From assembly GCF_030684315.1 (NCBI RefSeq), contig NC_081374.1:11954837-12018836 (forward strand): a DNA stretch of 64,000 nucleotides. The letters are read 5' to 3'. The stretch is from Stegostoma tigrinum. Its lineage: Eukaryota. A program made the translations under genes and the position numbers. The notes beneath the pieces are model-generated. The model searched no databases. It saw nothing but the letters and a program-made list of their open reading frames with translations, and had not been told where the DNA came from. Below, in pieces: positions 25,101-37,860 of the stretch; the stretch's first letter is position 1; each line of letters starts with the position of its first letter.

Positions 25101-28100
25101 GAAATGTCTATCACAGTGACTTACTGCCAGAATTCTACACCCCCAATAAATCTCGATGTCTTTGGTTGTGCAGATTACATTTGGATGAGGTTATACACCT
25201 CGGACATTCTCATGGTGTTATCACATAGACAACAGTTGCCCTGAATTTTCTTACCAAGTTTCAAGGACCAACTGGACAGCTGTATGGCACCCCCGACTCT
25301 CTGACACACAAATGCAGACCAGCTGTCTCTGTTGCCGTTTTCTCCAGATCACAGCTGTTCATATGTTTCCCTGAGCTGTGACACAGAGACCCTCTCAGTC
25401 CAGGAAGGGAAATATTCCACCATCACTGGCTTCCGCCAGGGACAGGATGCTATAAGCTGCACCCACATTGCTTTCAGAATGTCCGTTGATGCCAGCTTTT
25501 GGAGGTGGCTCATTGATATCCTGGGAGCTCCCACAATGCTCAGATAGTCGAGAAGTCACTGGGCCCTGCTTCTTCCCAATGTTCTCAGGACATACAGGAA
25601 TGGCTGCTGGGAAACAAGGAGAGCGCTCCTGAAACATGGCCAATGGCATTTTTATCAAACCCATAGACTGATACAGAATGAAGATACATTGCTGCTCCTG
25701 CTTCCGCCAGGGCCATTGTGGAACAGGCCATAGACCGTGTTAAGATGAGGTTTTGATGCCGAGAATGCTTCAGTGTGATCTTGCAGCTTTGCCCAGAATA
25801 TCTTTGCCGTCAGTATGGCTGCTGGGGCCCACACAGCTGGAGCTGACAAAGGATTTTGGAGGGCGGCAGTGGGATGTCCCACATACAGATGAAATGTGGT
25901 GGGTGTCATATTCGGGCTCACTGTCACCAACAGGAACTACTGCAGTGGCTCTGCATCCCAGGCAGGAAGGAAATGGAGAGACCAGACATCACTGGAGTGT
26001 CCTGAGGGGAAACATCGAGGGATTTTCTTTGATGCTCCTCCTCTCTATGGGTGCCTCCTGACACCATCCTGTCTCCCTGAGATGGAGGGGAACCTGGAGT
26101 GATGTCAATAGCCACATCCCACTCTCACCTCCTCAGTGACACTGAGCACCAACGGCCTCAGCGATGGAATGTCGGCCCATGTTCATGTCCAGCGGTCACT
26201 GAGTGGTTCTGGATGTCCTGTAGACGCTGGTTTGAAGTTCCCCATTGACTGTTCGCTCTACTGTGACATCTAGGAATGGCAGTTTGTTGTTATTTTCCTC
26301 CTCTTTTGTGAATGTTATGCCAGTAAAGGGTATTATTGATGATCTTGAAGGTTTCCTCTCGTTTGTTTTGTTTAGTGATGACTAAGGTGTCATCCACGTA
26401 CCAGACCCAAAGTTTGGGTTGGATGATTGGCAGAGCTGTTTGTTCGAGTCTCTGCATTACTGCCTCTGCTAAGAACCCTGTTATCGGAGATCCCATGGGT
26501 CTACCATGGTTTGTCTGTAGGTTTTGTTATTGAAAGTGAAGTGGGTGGTGAGGCATAGGTCCACTAGCTTGATGATGTTGTCCTTGCTGATGAGGTTGGT
26601 GGCGTCTGGTGTATGTGTCTTCGGTTCTTCTAATGGTGTAGTCAGTGTTTCTTTGGCCAGGTTGATGTTGATGGATGTGAACAGGGCTGTTACGTCAAAG
26701 GAGACCCTTATTTCATCCTCTTCTATCTTGGTGTCTTTGATGGTGTTCAGGAATTCTTGGGTGGAGCAAATGGAGTGGTGGGAGTCTTCTACTAGGTGTT
26801 TTAGTCTTTGGTGTAGTTCCTTGGCTAACCTGTAGGTTGGTGTTCCAGGTAGCGACACTATGGGTCTGAGTGGGGGCTCCTGGTTTGTTAATTTTTGGCA
26901 ATCCGTAGAAGCGTGGTGTGTTGGATCCATCTGGTTTCATTTTTTGGAAGTCTCTCTTGTCTAATTCTCCAGATTTTTGTTTTTTGAGTAAGGTTGTGAT
27001 TCGTTTGTGGGGTCGGGTCTATCGCCACCTGTTGGTAAGTATTGGTATCTGCAAGCAGTGAGTTCGCTTTCTCGCTCGTCCAGAACCTCAACATGAGCTA
27101 CAAATCTTCTCAAAACTCTCTGGTCACTGAGTGGGCTGGACCTGAGTCTGAGTGACAGCTGCCCACCCCTCCAAGGGGAGGGCCAAACACATCGCCTGGG
27201 ACTGATAGTGTTGGTTGATTCCTCCAGCCTTTGATCTGGTTTAATGACCTCCTCTGACATACCTACCTGCTGTGCTTGTGCCTGTCAGTGCATTTTCACA
27301 ATGTCAGTAAAATTACAGCTGACAATTCTGAAGATTGAAACCATTGTCTTTGATGCCACACAGTCACGTTTCCTTAGCCATTGTCTCCATCCATCTCCCT
27401 GTCTAACACAGCCCTCAACCACCATGTTGTGAGTTCCACACTCAGCCATTCCCATACCATCCCAGCCGGACTTGAACTTTCCACCATACATCAACTAAAT
27501 CTCATCCAAATCTTTGCTCCAACTTTACACCTTTAAAGGTATGATAGAAATGCAAGTTACCTTGTTTGCAAACAGTGATGGGGCAAGATTTTAAAAAAAT
27601 ATAATATGCAACTCAGCTCACTCTGTCTACAAAGCTGTAGATCCATACTGCACTGAAGAGCAAATTGAAATTTTGTCCCAAACATTAAAATTCAAATTAC
27701 TTTGAATTGCAATGAGCACAATGAAATTTTTTTCAAATTAAAATTTAAAGTTTTCAGAATAACTTTCATTCCAAAATTACTTTCTTCATAAAAATGTTTC
27801 TGTCTGCAGCAAGCTACGTGTGAATGGCTTATTCTCAATGAACACACATTCAGTTTGGGCCCAGTCCCTTAAATCCTCAACTTGAACCATGGTCAATGAG
27901 GAACATGAATAAGAATCATAGAATCCCTACAGTGCAAAAAGAGGCCATTTGGCCCATCAGGGCTCACCATCTCTGTCAAGAGCATCCCATCAGACTGAGA
28001 ATTCCATTCTATTCCGTTAAGCCACACATCTAATGTCTAGCCCACCTGGACTGCACAGCCTGTGAGCTCTCGGAAACTGAGCATGATCAATTCACCTAAC

Positions 28101-29219
28101 GTGCACATAAATGCACAATCAGAGGAGCTTGAAGCACCTTCTGGAAACCCATGCAGACACGGGGAGAATGTACAAACTGCACAATGTCTGACAAGGCTTC
28201 AGTTGAACCCAGGTCACTGAGTCTGTCAGACAGCAGTGTTAACCACTGAGACACTGGGCTGTCCATACTTGTGAAGTTGAGATCTGAAAAAAATGCTTCT
28301 ATATTTGTTGCACGCTTTGGTGTTTATTGTGGTTTGACACTGTATGAAAAATGTGTGAGTATTTTCAAGGGGGACGTGCGACAGAAACCCATGAATGTAC
28401 AAAGAGACAAAGTGCTAAATATTCCCATCTGCACATTGGAGTTTGGTGTGTAAGTGGGATGGCAGAGAAAAGGTTCAGGCAGGTTGAACAGCAACATTTA
28501 AAAATCATTCGGATAGGTACATGGATGGGAGAGGTTTAGAGGGATATGGACCAAATGCCAGCAATTGGAACTAGCCGACGGTGTACTATGGTCAGTATGG
28601 ACCAGTTTGCGCTGAAGGGCCAGTTTCCATGCTGCCTCACTCTTAGAGAATATTACTTCATTCTCGAGGGCTGGAAGAGGAATTATCGTTTAAACTGTGC
28701 TCCGAACTGGAGCCATAGTTCCTACAGCTCAGAACATGTCGATGTTAAAGTATTGTATCAGATCACCACTCACATCACAGAACTGATTTACCAGGATGTT
28801 GCCAGAACTGGAGGGTTATAACAACAGGCGAGAAAAGCCGGGACCTTTTCCACTGGAGTTTTTTATAATTCATTCACAGGATGTGGGTGTCGCTGGCCAG
28901 GCGGCATTTATTGCCCATTCCTAACTGTTCAGAGGGCAGGGAAGTATCAACCACATTGCTGTGGGTCTGGAGCCACATGCAGGCCAGAACTGGTAAGGAT
29001 GGATATTTCCTTCCATGAAGGACATTAGCGAACAATTGGGTTTTCCTGACAATCGACAATGGATTCTGGGTCATCATTAGACTCGTAATTCCAGATATTT
29101 ATCAAATTCAAATTCCACCAACTGCCATGGCAGGATTTGAATCCTGTTCCACAGATCACAATCTGGGTCCCTGGATTAACAATCCAGCAATAATATCATG
29201 AGGCCATTGCCTCTCCTGG

Positions 29220-29605
29220 AGTGTTGGAAGTTGAGGTGTAAACTTATAATGGCTTGCAAACTCCTGAGGGGCATAGATGAGATGAATAGAAAACATCTTT
29301 TTCCGTAGGATGGGAGTGTTCAAATGCGAGGGAATATTTTTAAGATGAGAGAAGAAAGATTTAAAAGGGACCTGAGGGACAACTGTTCACACAGAGGTTA
29401 TTTTGTATGTGGACAGGGGCACATCTAACAAGTGGGCAGTTACAATGTTTAAAAGATATTTGAATAAGGTGATAAAAAGGAAAGGTTTGGAAGGATATGG
29501 GCCAAATGCAGATGAGTTGAACTGGTTTAGTTTGAGAAACTTGGTCAACATTGACATGTTGAACGGAAGGGTCTGTTTCTGTGCTGTATGACTCAATGAC
29601 TCTAT
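29220..29605 (+). mobile_element. CR1 3' end remnant; paralog ~53005-53370; shorter remnants ~11275-11470, ~28445-28640, ~42320-42520
   Basis: gagaagaaagatttaaaagggacctgaggg...ggatatgggccaaatgc...tgctgtatgactc: CR1 terminal pattern. Confidence 0.65.
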
Positions 29606-30595
29606 AAAATTATCGGTAGAGCGAGGTCATTTATAGGTCTCACTGTGACCAGGAAAGGGGAAGTAACAATATTACACAGGCTTTTCTACGAGTAATGAAC
29701 CTCCATTTGTTCATGATGTCCTCTTGGATAATTACAAGTGAAAATGAAGTGAATCTGAGCATCATTCCCTTGTTTTAACAGGTCAAAGATATATTTGTGA
29801 CATTTCATCTACAATATCACCGACTACTGCACATTCCTATGACAAAAACTCTGAAAGGTATGATCTTCATTGTTTTGATTCCATGTGCGAGATTAACAAT
29901 ATTGTTTAACAATTTTGACCAAATGAGTGAAAGCCGCTTATTATTTTGGAAATGAAAATGGTGCTGGCTTTATATCAGGCTGCTGTGTCAGTTTCACATT
30001 GAAGGTCCAATTGTTTTTGAAAAGTACAAATGGAGAGCAATGTTTCTACTTTGCTGACCTTCAGGCTGCATTGCTCTTCTTCATTACTTCACAATTAAAC
30101 CGCATGGAGTGTGATGCACTGTGCTTGCCAAACCTACCTTGCTGCTGTGTGTTCTGGAGTGACTTTTCAGGGCAGTTTCATTCCTGCTGGTGAAAAGGAA
30201 TATTTGAGGTGATATATCTGCACAGTGACAGGGAGCTTTCAGCGTTAGCCTTTCGCATCACCTTACTCGCCTGAGCTGTCGGAAATAAGCAGCAGGAACT
30301 GAGAGTGTGATATAAACACTGAGTAAATAATTCTTTGAAGTTACAAAGATGATGAAGAGAAAATGCGAATTAAGTGCCAGTGACAAACAGAGAATATCGG
30401 AAACGCACAGCGGTTTAGTCCACATCTGTGCAGAAGTTGATCGAAAAAGTCAGTCTGATCATATCTTCCTCACAAATTCTGTTTCTTATTCAGGTCTCCA
30501 GCAGGTGCATTTCATTTGTTTTTAGCCAGATAGTGTTCTGTGATAGAAAAAGCATTGTCAGACTATAAATTTTATTTTAGGCCACATTTAATCAG

Positions 30596-30775
30596 CGGCC
30601 TGGTGGCTCACACAGCGCCAGGGACCCGGGTTCGATTCCGCACTTGGGGAATTGCATGTCTGTAGTTTGTATATTCTCCCCTTGTGGGTGTGGGATTCCT
30701 CTGTGTGCTCTGGTTTTAATCCCACAGCCCAAAGATGTGTAGGTTTGGTGGATTGGCCATGCCAAATTGCCTATA
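30596..30775 (+). mobile_element. HE1-like tRNA-derived SINE; paralog 54082-54255; minus-strand copies ~10850-11085, 28030-28255, 41900-42135, 46060-46410
   Basis: tggtggctc (A-box-like), GGTTCGATTCC (B-box), and ttctcccc..gtg..tgtgctc..cccacag.ccaaagatgtg..ggtggattggccatgc.aaattg body. Confidence 0.7.
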
Positions 30776-31585
30776 TCCGTGTTCCATCACCTTACTTCAC
30801 GAAATGGGAGACTGAAGGCCAAAGTATTCGGGGATTTTCAATTTTTCACTTCTAGTGAGTTTTGCAGTAATTCTTTTACGACCCCACCTCAAGATTCAGA
30901 GAGAACTTTGACATCAATAAACTGGATCTATGCTTTGTCAGTTGCCAGGGGAGCAGAGAGAAGCTGTAGTGAGATGACAAAAATCAGCAGCATCTATAAT
31001 TTTGAAATGGACTCTGATGTTGATTCATTCATTTCATGACAATTCAAGATGTTCATTCGTTTAGTTTCTTCAGTCACATGAACAACTGCACCTCATCACA
31101 TTTCATCACTTTGATATTTGAACAAATTTGAAAAATTCAATGAATCATTTTTGAAAATGAATGCAAGTGTAAGATATCTCCAGAAAATGCACGAATGTTG
31201 CACTCCAGTTTTGTTTTACATCTCCCAGCTTGCAGGTGTTATGCCTTGAATAGACAAATTCATCACTGTATCAGAGCATGTGACCTAAGGGGATAATGGT
31301 GGCAGACTCCATCTCAGTTTGGGTCACTTCAAGCATAACATGCTGATGGAAGTGTTCCACTGTATGTAATAGAAGAGCTCAGTTTTAGCACGCACCCTGA
31401 AATGATGACTTTGTCCATTAGAGGCTGAACACATCAAATTAGATAAAATAAAATGTGTTATTACTCATCTCAGCTCAGGGTGTTGTAGTTTTCAAAGTAA
31501 AGAAATGGCAGCTTTTGAAAACTCAGGGCATTCAGCGGTATCATCAACAGGGTCATTACATTCTCCACCATCTTCTCTTCCTCAG

Positions 31586-32527
31586 ATCCGCAGAGGTACA
31601 AACTGAGAGGGTGAAAGACTGTCTGGTTCCAGATGGTTAAGACTTGCCTGTTAGAAAGTGCAAGGAGCAATGTGGGTTAATGCTATGATAACAAACTGTG
31701 AGGCTGGATGAACACAGCAGGCCAAGCAGCATCTCAGGAGCACAAAAGCTGACGTTTCGGGCCTAGAACCTTCATCAGAGAGGGGGATGGGGAGAGGGAA
31801 CTGGAATAAATAGGGAGAGAGGGGGAGGCGGACCAAAGATGGAGAGTAAAGAAGATAGGTGGAGAGAGTGTAGGTGGGGAGGTAGGGAGGGGATAGGTCA
31901 GTCCAGGGAAGACGGACAGGTCAAGGAGGTGGGATGAGGTTAGTAGGTAGCTGGGGGTGCGGCTTGGGGTGGGAGGAAGGGATGGGTGAGAGGAAGAACC
32001 GGTTAGGGAGGCAGGGACAGGTTGGACTGGTTTTGGGATGCAGTGGGTGGGGGGGAAGAGCTGGGCTGGTTGTGTGGGTTAATGCTATTGTGAGTTTCTC
32101 ACTCAGTGATCAGACACCTCACTGTTGTAATATTATACCAGACTGCAGTGCCTCCTGCAAATGTCCAACCATTTAAACTTTTAATCCTCATGTATAACTT
32201 TGTCCTGAGCATTACAGGACATGCTACTGAAACTTGTTGAATTTGACGGTTACCTATTTGTTCATGTCATTCAAGAATTAAGATGTAGTTCAGTTTTCCC
32301 GCTGCCGCCCATGAGCTGTGCTACTTTAATTTGCTACAATATATTAAGATTGCAGGTTAAATAGTGGATAAATGTTTGAAACCTGAAGCGGACTCACTTT
32401 TGTCAAATGATTTTGTATTTCTTACATTTTGCTCAGTTACGTTGTCTGGAATGTGATACGCTGGATGGTCTTCGCTCTCCTGGTGATTTGTTCTGTTTCT
32501 GTCACAAAGAATGTGAGAAAACATTAG
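31586..32527 (+). pseudogene. Orphan 3' half of the receptor gene: microexon 31586-31595 and TM exon 32437-32527
   Basis: Matches gene B exons 5-6 at offset 23481, with intact splice sites; no leader, V or C2 exon in its own unit. Confidence 0.75.
31687..32072 (-). mobile_element. Solo Penelope pLTR with 16-bp TSD in the microexon-TM intron; paralog 55168-55553
   Basis: TGTGGGTTAATGCTAT at 31671-31686 and 32073-32088 flanks a reverse-strand pLTR. Confidence 0.85.
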
Positions 32528-32619
32528 GTGAGTATCATGGACTTTACAAAAATAATTCTGTGCGCTCTAAGCTCTCCATCAATGAGATGTTCCTGTTTGG
32601 AGATGTTTCTGAAGCAGGA

Positions 32620-33475
32620 GACACTGTTTGAGAAGAATGGGTTGGCCATTTGAGACTGAGATAAACAGGAATTTTTACTCAGAGGAGAGGAATATTTGGA
32701 ATTCTCTTCCCCAGAGAGCTCTGGAGGCTCCAGCTTTGAGTATAGTCTAAACAGAGATCAATAAATTTCTGGGTAATAGAGATATCGAGGGACATGGGAA
32801 TAATGCAACACAAAAATGGCTTTCAGGGAGAAGATCTGACATGATCCAGGTGAATGCTGAAGGAGCCTTCAGGGGCTGAATGGTGTCCTCTGCTCGTGCC
32901 TCAGAAGTCTCCGTATCCATATTCCAAAGGAATTGTATAATGCTATTGCACAACCATGCTAAATCCATTCATGTCTTCAGGTAGAATCAAGGCTAAACAT
33001 TAGGCTGGTCCCAGGTATGGAGGGATTATCTTATGAGGAGAGTTTGCATAGGATTGGTGCTGTCCTCATTCGAATCTAGAAGAATGAGAAGTTGGCTTCT
33101 AGAAACATTCTAGCTACTTCCAGGACATGATGCGGTAAATGCAGGTTGTATGTTTCCACTTGTGGTGGAGATGTAGATGACAGCATATCATCACAGATGG
33201 TACATATGTTTAAATTGCAGATGAGGAGAATTTGTTTTTATCTCTGAGGTGGCTGTGAACCTGTAGAATTAGTTGACAAGGAGGATTGATGAGGCTCTGC
33301 CATGAGTGCTCTACACTCAAGGCTGGGATAGACAGGTTTTTAATCAGTCAGTGAATCAAGAGTTACGGGAAAAGGTTGGAAAGTGGGGTTGAGGATGATG
33401 AGATCAGCCATGATCCAGTTGAATGGCAGAGCAGACACAATGGGCTGAATGGCGCAGATTTGTTCCAATGTCTTA
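32620..33475 (+). mobile_element. Old LINE (CR1-like) 3' fragments downstream of the TM exon; paralog ~56100-56955
   Basis: Degenerate SYEERL/RRMRGDL-like coding remnants and a LINE 3' UTR (gatcagccatgatc...gggctgaatggc). Confidence 0.55.
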
Positions 33476-36400
33476 TGTCTTCACCTATTTCTGCTGTCAC
33501 CTGATCACCAGCACAACTACAGGGACACATTAACTCTCTGTGATCCAATGATCTTCGATGTGTACAAGCAGCATTGATATGTATTAGTTTTCCAGAACAT
33601 GTGTAACAGCCAATGGGGAAGGAGGAGTGTGATCTGGACATAGCTCCAGTTCATTTCAAGTTATCTTCAGTTCATTGCCATGTCCAGAATTCAATTCAAA
33701 ACTAACGTGAAAACGAAGGCATCAGACTCTGTCTCAGTGTTTCTGATGTTTCTTTCCAGTTCCTCATTGAATGTGATACTCTCAGCTCGACCAATTGGGA
33801 AAGTAAAGATTTTCTGCACCTGTGCCACTGGCTGGAAGTTTACATCTTGAGAAAATATTGACTAACTATCTCACATCGGATATTTGTTTCATCAATCCTG
33901 TATGAGAAAAGAGATCTTGTCATAAGATGATTTTGGATTAATGTAGTTGAAAAAGAACAAAAACCTGAAATGATCGCTGTAATCACAAATTGTAATCAGA
34001 GATGAGAACTGCAGACACTGGAGACTCCAAGATAACAAGGTGCAGAGCTGAATGAGCACTGCAGGACAAGCAGCATCTTAGGAGCAGGAAAGCGAGGTCG
34101 AGCCCCGAACCATCAGCTTTCCTACTCCTGAGATGCTGCTTGGCCTGCTGTGTTCATCCTTGTTATTTCACATGATGTGTTTCACTTTTATACGGGATAG
34201 ATCAATGTATATTTTTGAGAATGGGAGAATATCACAAAGAAAGAGGAAAGTGGGTGGAATTTAAACCTCCCTGGAACAATCAGGGAAATTACAAGAAGTT
34301 GGGAAAATATGCCAATCATGAAAGAATCAGAACTTCTCATCAAGAAAATATTTTCCAATTTTCTCCTCAGGTGTATGAATGGCGTCTTCAGAATCTCGCT
34401 ACTGAGTTGAGACCATCTTATTTCCATGTATTTGTGCTTCGTTATGAGCCCAACCCTCACCACGTTTTCACCATTTCCAATTGTTCTCTTCCACCCGGGA
34501 AATACACAGTGCAAATTCCCAATATGTTATTCACAGCAGCTTACTGGCAGGTACTACTCACTGATTGCTTGTCCCAAACCTCGCCAAGACTTCTTCTGTC
34601 TTCACCACAACGTCCCTGCACACTCCCTGGAGACAATCCTCCTCCACTCTATATCCACTCAAGTCATCATGAGCACAGCATCAGCCTTCCTTGCAGCATC
34701 AGAACTCCCCTCGCTCCAGCGCTCCCACCACTTGAATTTGGAGCTCACGGACAATTGTTTGCAGGCTGCCAGCCTCAGTGCTTTACATTGCTTTTAAACA
34801 CAGAGCCCTGTCATTGGAAGCCGCGGCCTGCCGGACTCTGGGAGCTGCATTGCATTGTACCACAGAGTTCAAAGTTGGCAACTTGTCACGGTGGGAGGCA
34901 CTGAGCAGGAAGGGAGTGGGCATCTCACTCTATGGCACAATGCCAAGTCAGTGTCACTCTGACAATACTGGTCAGTACGTCATGTGGCAAATACAGTGAT
35001 GTGTTTCAATGAAATTGCCATGTCTTAAAGTGAAAGTGGAGTAGTGCCGAGTGGGGTGATTGGGGACTATGGGGAATCTGGGGCTGACGTCACAATCAGT
35101 CCAGATGCTCATTCAATTCCAGTCCATGATCAGTCTGTGCCAGCTCTGACCAGACTCTGGGGATCTAGGGCCTTGTGTTCCAGGCACTGGGCCTCACTAA
35201 TGCAAGTGTATCCAGCCCAGGGATTACAGAGGGCTCAGTTTGGGAGCTTGGAGATATAAGTTACTGTACTGGGCCACTTTTATTGGAACTCTGCTGCCGA
35301 GTCAGTCCACATTGTTGTGGGAGTAGGCGATGACTTAATTGGGAATGGATTTATCAGGGCCAAGTCCATGGAAGCCAGAGGGAAATGATCAAATCAAGTC
35401 TGGGCTAGGCTCGATTGGACTGTGTCACTGAGAGAATGATGACAGTGAGTAAAGGCAGTTCAAGTTAAAAGAGTATTACAAGTGTAAAATAGACAGAGTA
35501 GGATTTCCGGTCATCACAATTACATACCTACAGTCAGAAGATTTTCTTCCAGCTTGAAGACATGAAAATCTTACAGTATTAGACAGGATGTACATTGTAT
35601 GTTTGGGTAATAAAATCATGTCCATCAAGTCATATAGTCACAAAATGCAAAGTTAGATACTCCAGTCCAACTCGTCCCCCTCAAACACACATCCCAATCT
35701 GACCTGGTCCCATTTGTCAGCTTTGGCCCCACATACCTCCAAACCTCTCCTACTCACATACCCATCCAGATGCCTTTTATATGCTGTAATTGTATCAGCA
35801 TTCACCACTTTGTCTGGCAGCTCATTGCTTAAATGCACTACCCTCTGTGTGAAAAGGTTACTCCTCAGTTATTTTGTTAAATCTTTTCCCATTCACCTTT
35901 GACCGCTGCCCTTTGTTTGTGGACTCCCACACCAGGGAAAAAGACCCGGGCTATTCAGCCTGTCCAAGCCCTCATTTCAATTAGTTTATTTCCTATAGAC
36001 ATGTGTAATAATGTGGAATGTAGACAATGTGAATACTGTTGGGTACCGGTATGGGTGAGCTCATATCTAACAGTTTGTTTTGGATATTATTATTTACAGA
36101 AAGCATTGTACGGAAGCTCGTTAGTTGTATGAATCAGATAAAGTCTTGTTGCCATTTGAAAGATGTGATCTGCTTGTCATTTTTTCATATATACAGCTTC
36201 AATGCCTGCATTAGTAAATATTTAAACAAAGAAACCTGACTCTGCTCCTGTCCAAAGAGGAAATACCACATAAGATCACCCTTTTGGGGGGCTCTCATAG
36301 AACATCGGAAGTGCCAGAGAGCAGCAGGAGGTGAGGTTTTCCCAGGTCACTGTCACTTTAGCCTGTACTTGGTGTGGGTTCAGGGCCAATAAGGACACTG

Positions 36401-36479
36401 AATTGTAGGCCTGAGAGGGGATAGTCTGCAATGTGCAAGGGATCCTCTTCATTGCGAAGGAGATGCCTATCATAGTGAC

Positions 36480-37800
36480 TTACTGCCAGAATTCTACACC
36501 CCCAATAAATCTCAATGTCTTTGGTTGTGCAGATTACATTTGGATGAGGTTATACAGCTCGGACATTCTCACGGTGTTATGACAGCGACAACAGTTGCCC
36601 TGAATTTTCTTGCCAATTTTCAAGGACCAACTGGACAGCTGTATGGCACCTCCAACTCTGACACACAAATGCAGACCAGCTGTCTCTGCTGCCGTTTTCT
36701 CCAGATCGCATCTGTTCATATGTTTCCCCGAGCTGTGACACAGATAGTATCTCCGTCCAGGAAGGGGAATATTCCACCACCACTGGCTTCCCCCAGGGAC
36801 AGGATGCTATAAGCTGCACCCACACTGCTTTCAGAATGTCCCCAGCACTAACTTGGAAATCTCAACAACAGGAAAGACTCCACCTCCATCAAGGCACACG
36901 TTGGGTGTAACCATCGATGCCAGGTTTTGGAGGTGGGTCATTGATATCCTGGGGGCTCCCACAATGTGCAGATAGTCGAGCGGTCACTGGGTCCCGCTTC
37001 TTCCCAATATTCTCAGGACATACAGGAATGGCTGCTGGGAGACAGGAAGAGCCCTCCTGAAACTTGGCTGATGGCATTTTTATCAAACCCATAGACTGAT
37101 ACAGTATGAAGATACAATGCTGCTCCTGCTTCCACCAGGGCCACTGTGGAACAGACCATAGGGCTCGTTAAGATGGGGTTTTGATGCCTAGAATTCTTCA
37201 GCGTGACCTTGCAGCTTTGCCCAGAATGTCTCCCCCATCAGTATGGCTGCTGGGGCCCTCACAGATGGAGCTGACAAAGATTGTTGGAGGGGGGCAGTGG
37301 GATGTCCCACATCCAGGTGAAATGGGGTGGGGGTCATATTCGGGCTCACTGTCACTGACTGGAACTTCTGCAGTGGCTCTGCATCCCAGGCAGGAAGGAA
37401 ATGGAGAGACCAGACATCACTGGAGTGTCATGAGGGGAAACATTGAGGGATTTTCTGTGAGGGTCCTCCTCTCTATGGGTGCCTCCTGACACCATCCTGT
37501 CACTTTGAGAGGAAGGGGAACCTGGAGTGATGTCAATAGCCACGTCACACTCTCACCTCCTCAGTGACGCTGAACACCCACGGCCTCAGCAATGGAGTGT
37601 CGGTCCGTGTTCATATCCAGCAGACACTGAGTGGACTGGACCTGAGTCTGAGAGACACCCGCCCACCTCTCCAAGGGGATGGTCAGACACATCGCCTGGG
37701 ACTGATAGTGTTGGCTTATTCCTCCATTCTTTGATCCAGTTTAACAGCTGCCCCTGACATACCTACCTGCTGTGCTTGTGCCCGTCAGTGCATGTTCACA
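36480..37800 (-). mobile_element. Possible highly decayed PIF/Harbinger accessory (Myb/SANT-type ORF) relic; paralogs ~7960-10120, 25125-27290, 59960-61280
   Basis: Minus-strand remnants MSGAAVKLDQRMEE / MSEEVIRPDQRLEES and QCLLDMN..RHSIAEAV recall the C-terminal part of shark Harbinger-associated proteins; gccagaattctacacccc resembles their termini. Based on recall only. Confidence 0.25.
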
Positions 37801-37860
37801 AAGTCAGTAAGATTACAGCTGACAATTCTGAAGATTGAAACCATTGTCTTTGGTCACACC

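Larger units (their letters stand above)
1779..28777 (+). repeat. Segmental duplication I: 1779-11597 repeated at 17120-28777
   Basis: Matching ORF pairs at offset ~15341 (2046/17387), then ~17166-17173 (5034/22200, 11373/28546) after a ~1.8-kb deletion at ~4665 in the first copy. Confidence 0.95.

Noticed and set aside
30596-30660. tRNA gene (GGTTCGATTCC)
   Set aside because: No cloverleaf; it is the head of a tRNA-derived SINE.
32407-32631. ORF-track peptide MILYFLHFAQLRC... (and 55888..56112)
   Set aside because: Wrong frame; the supported reading is the spliced TM exon in another frame.
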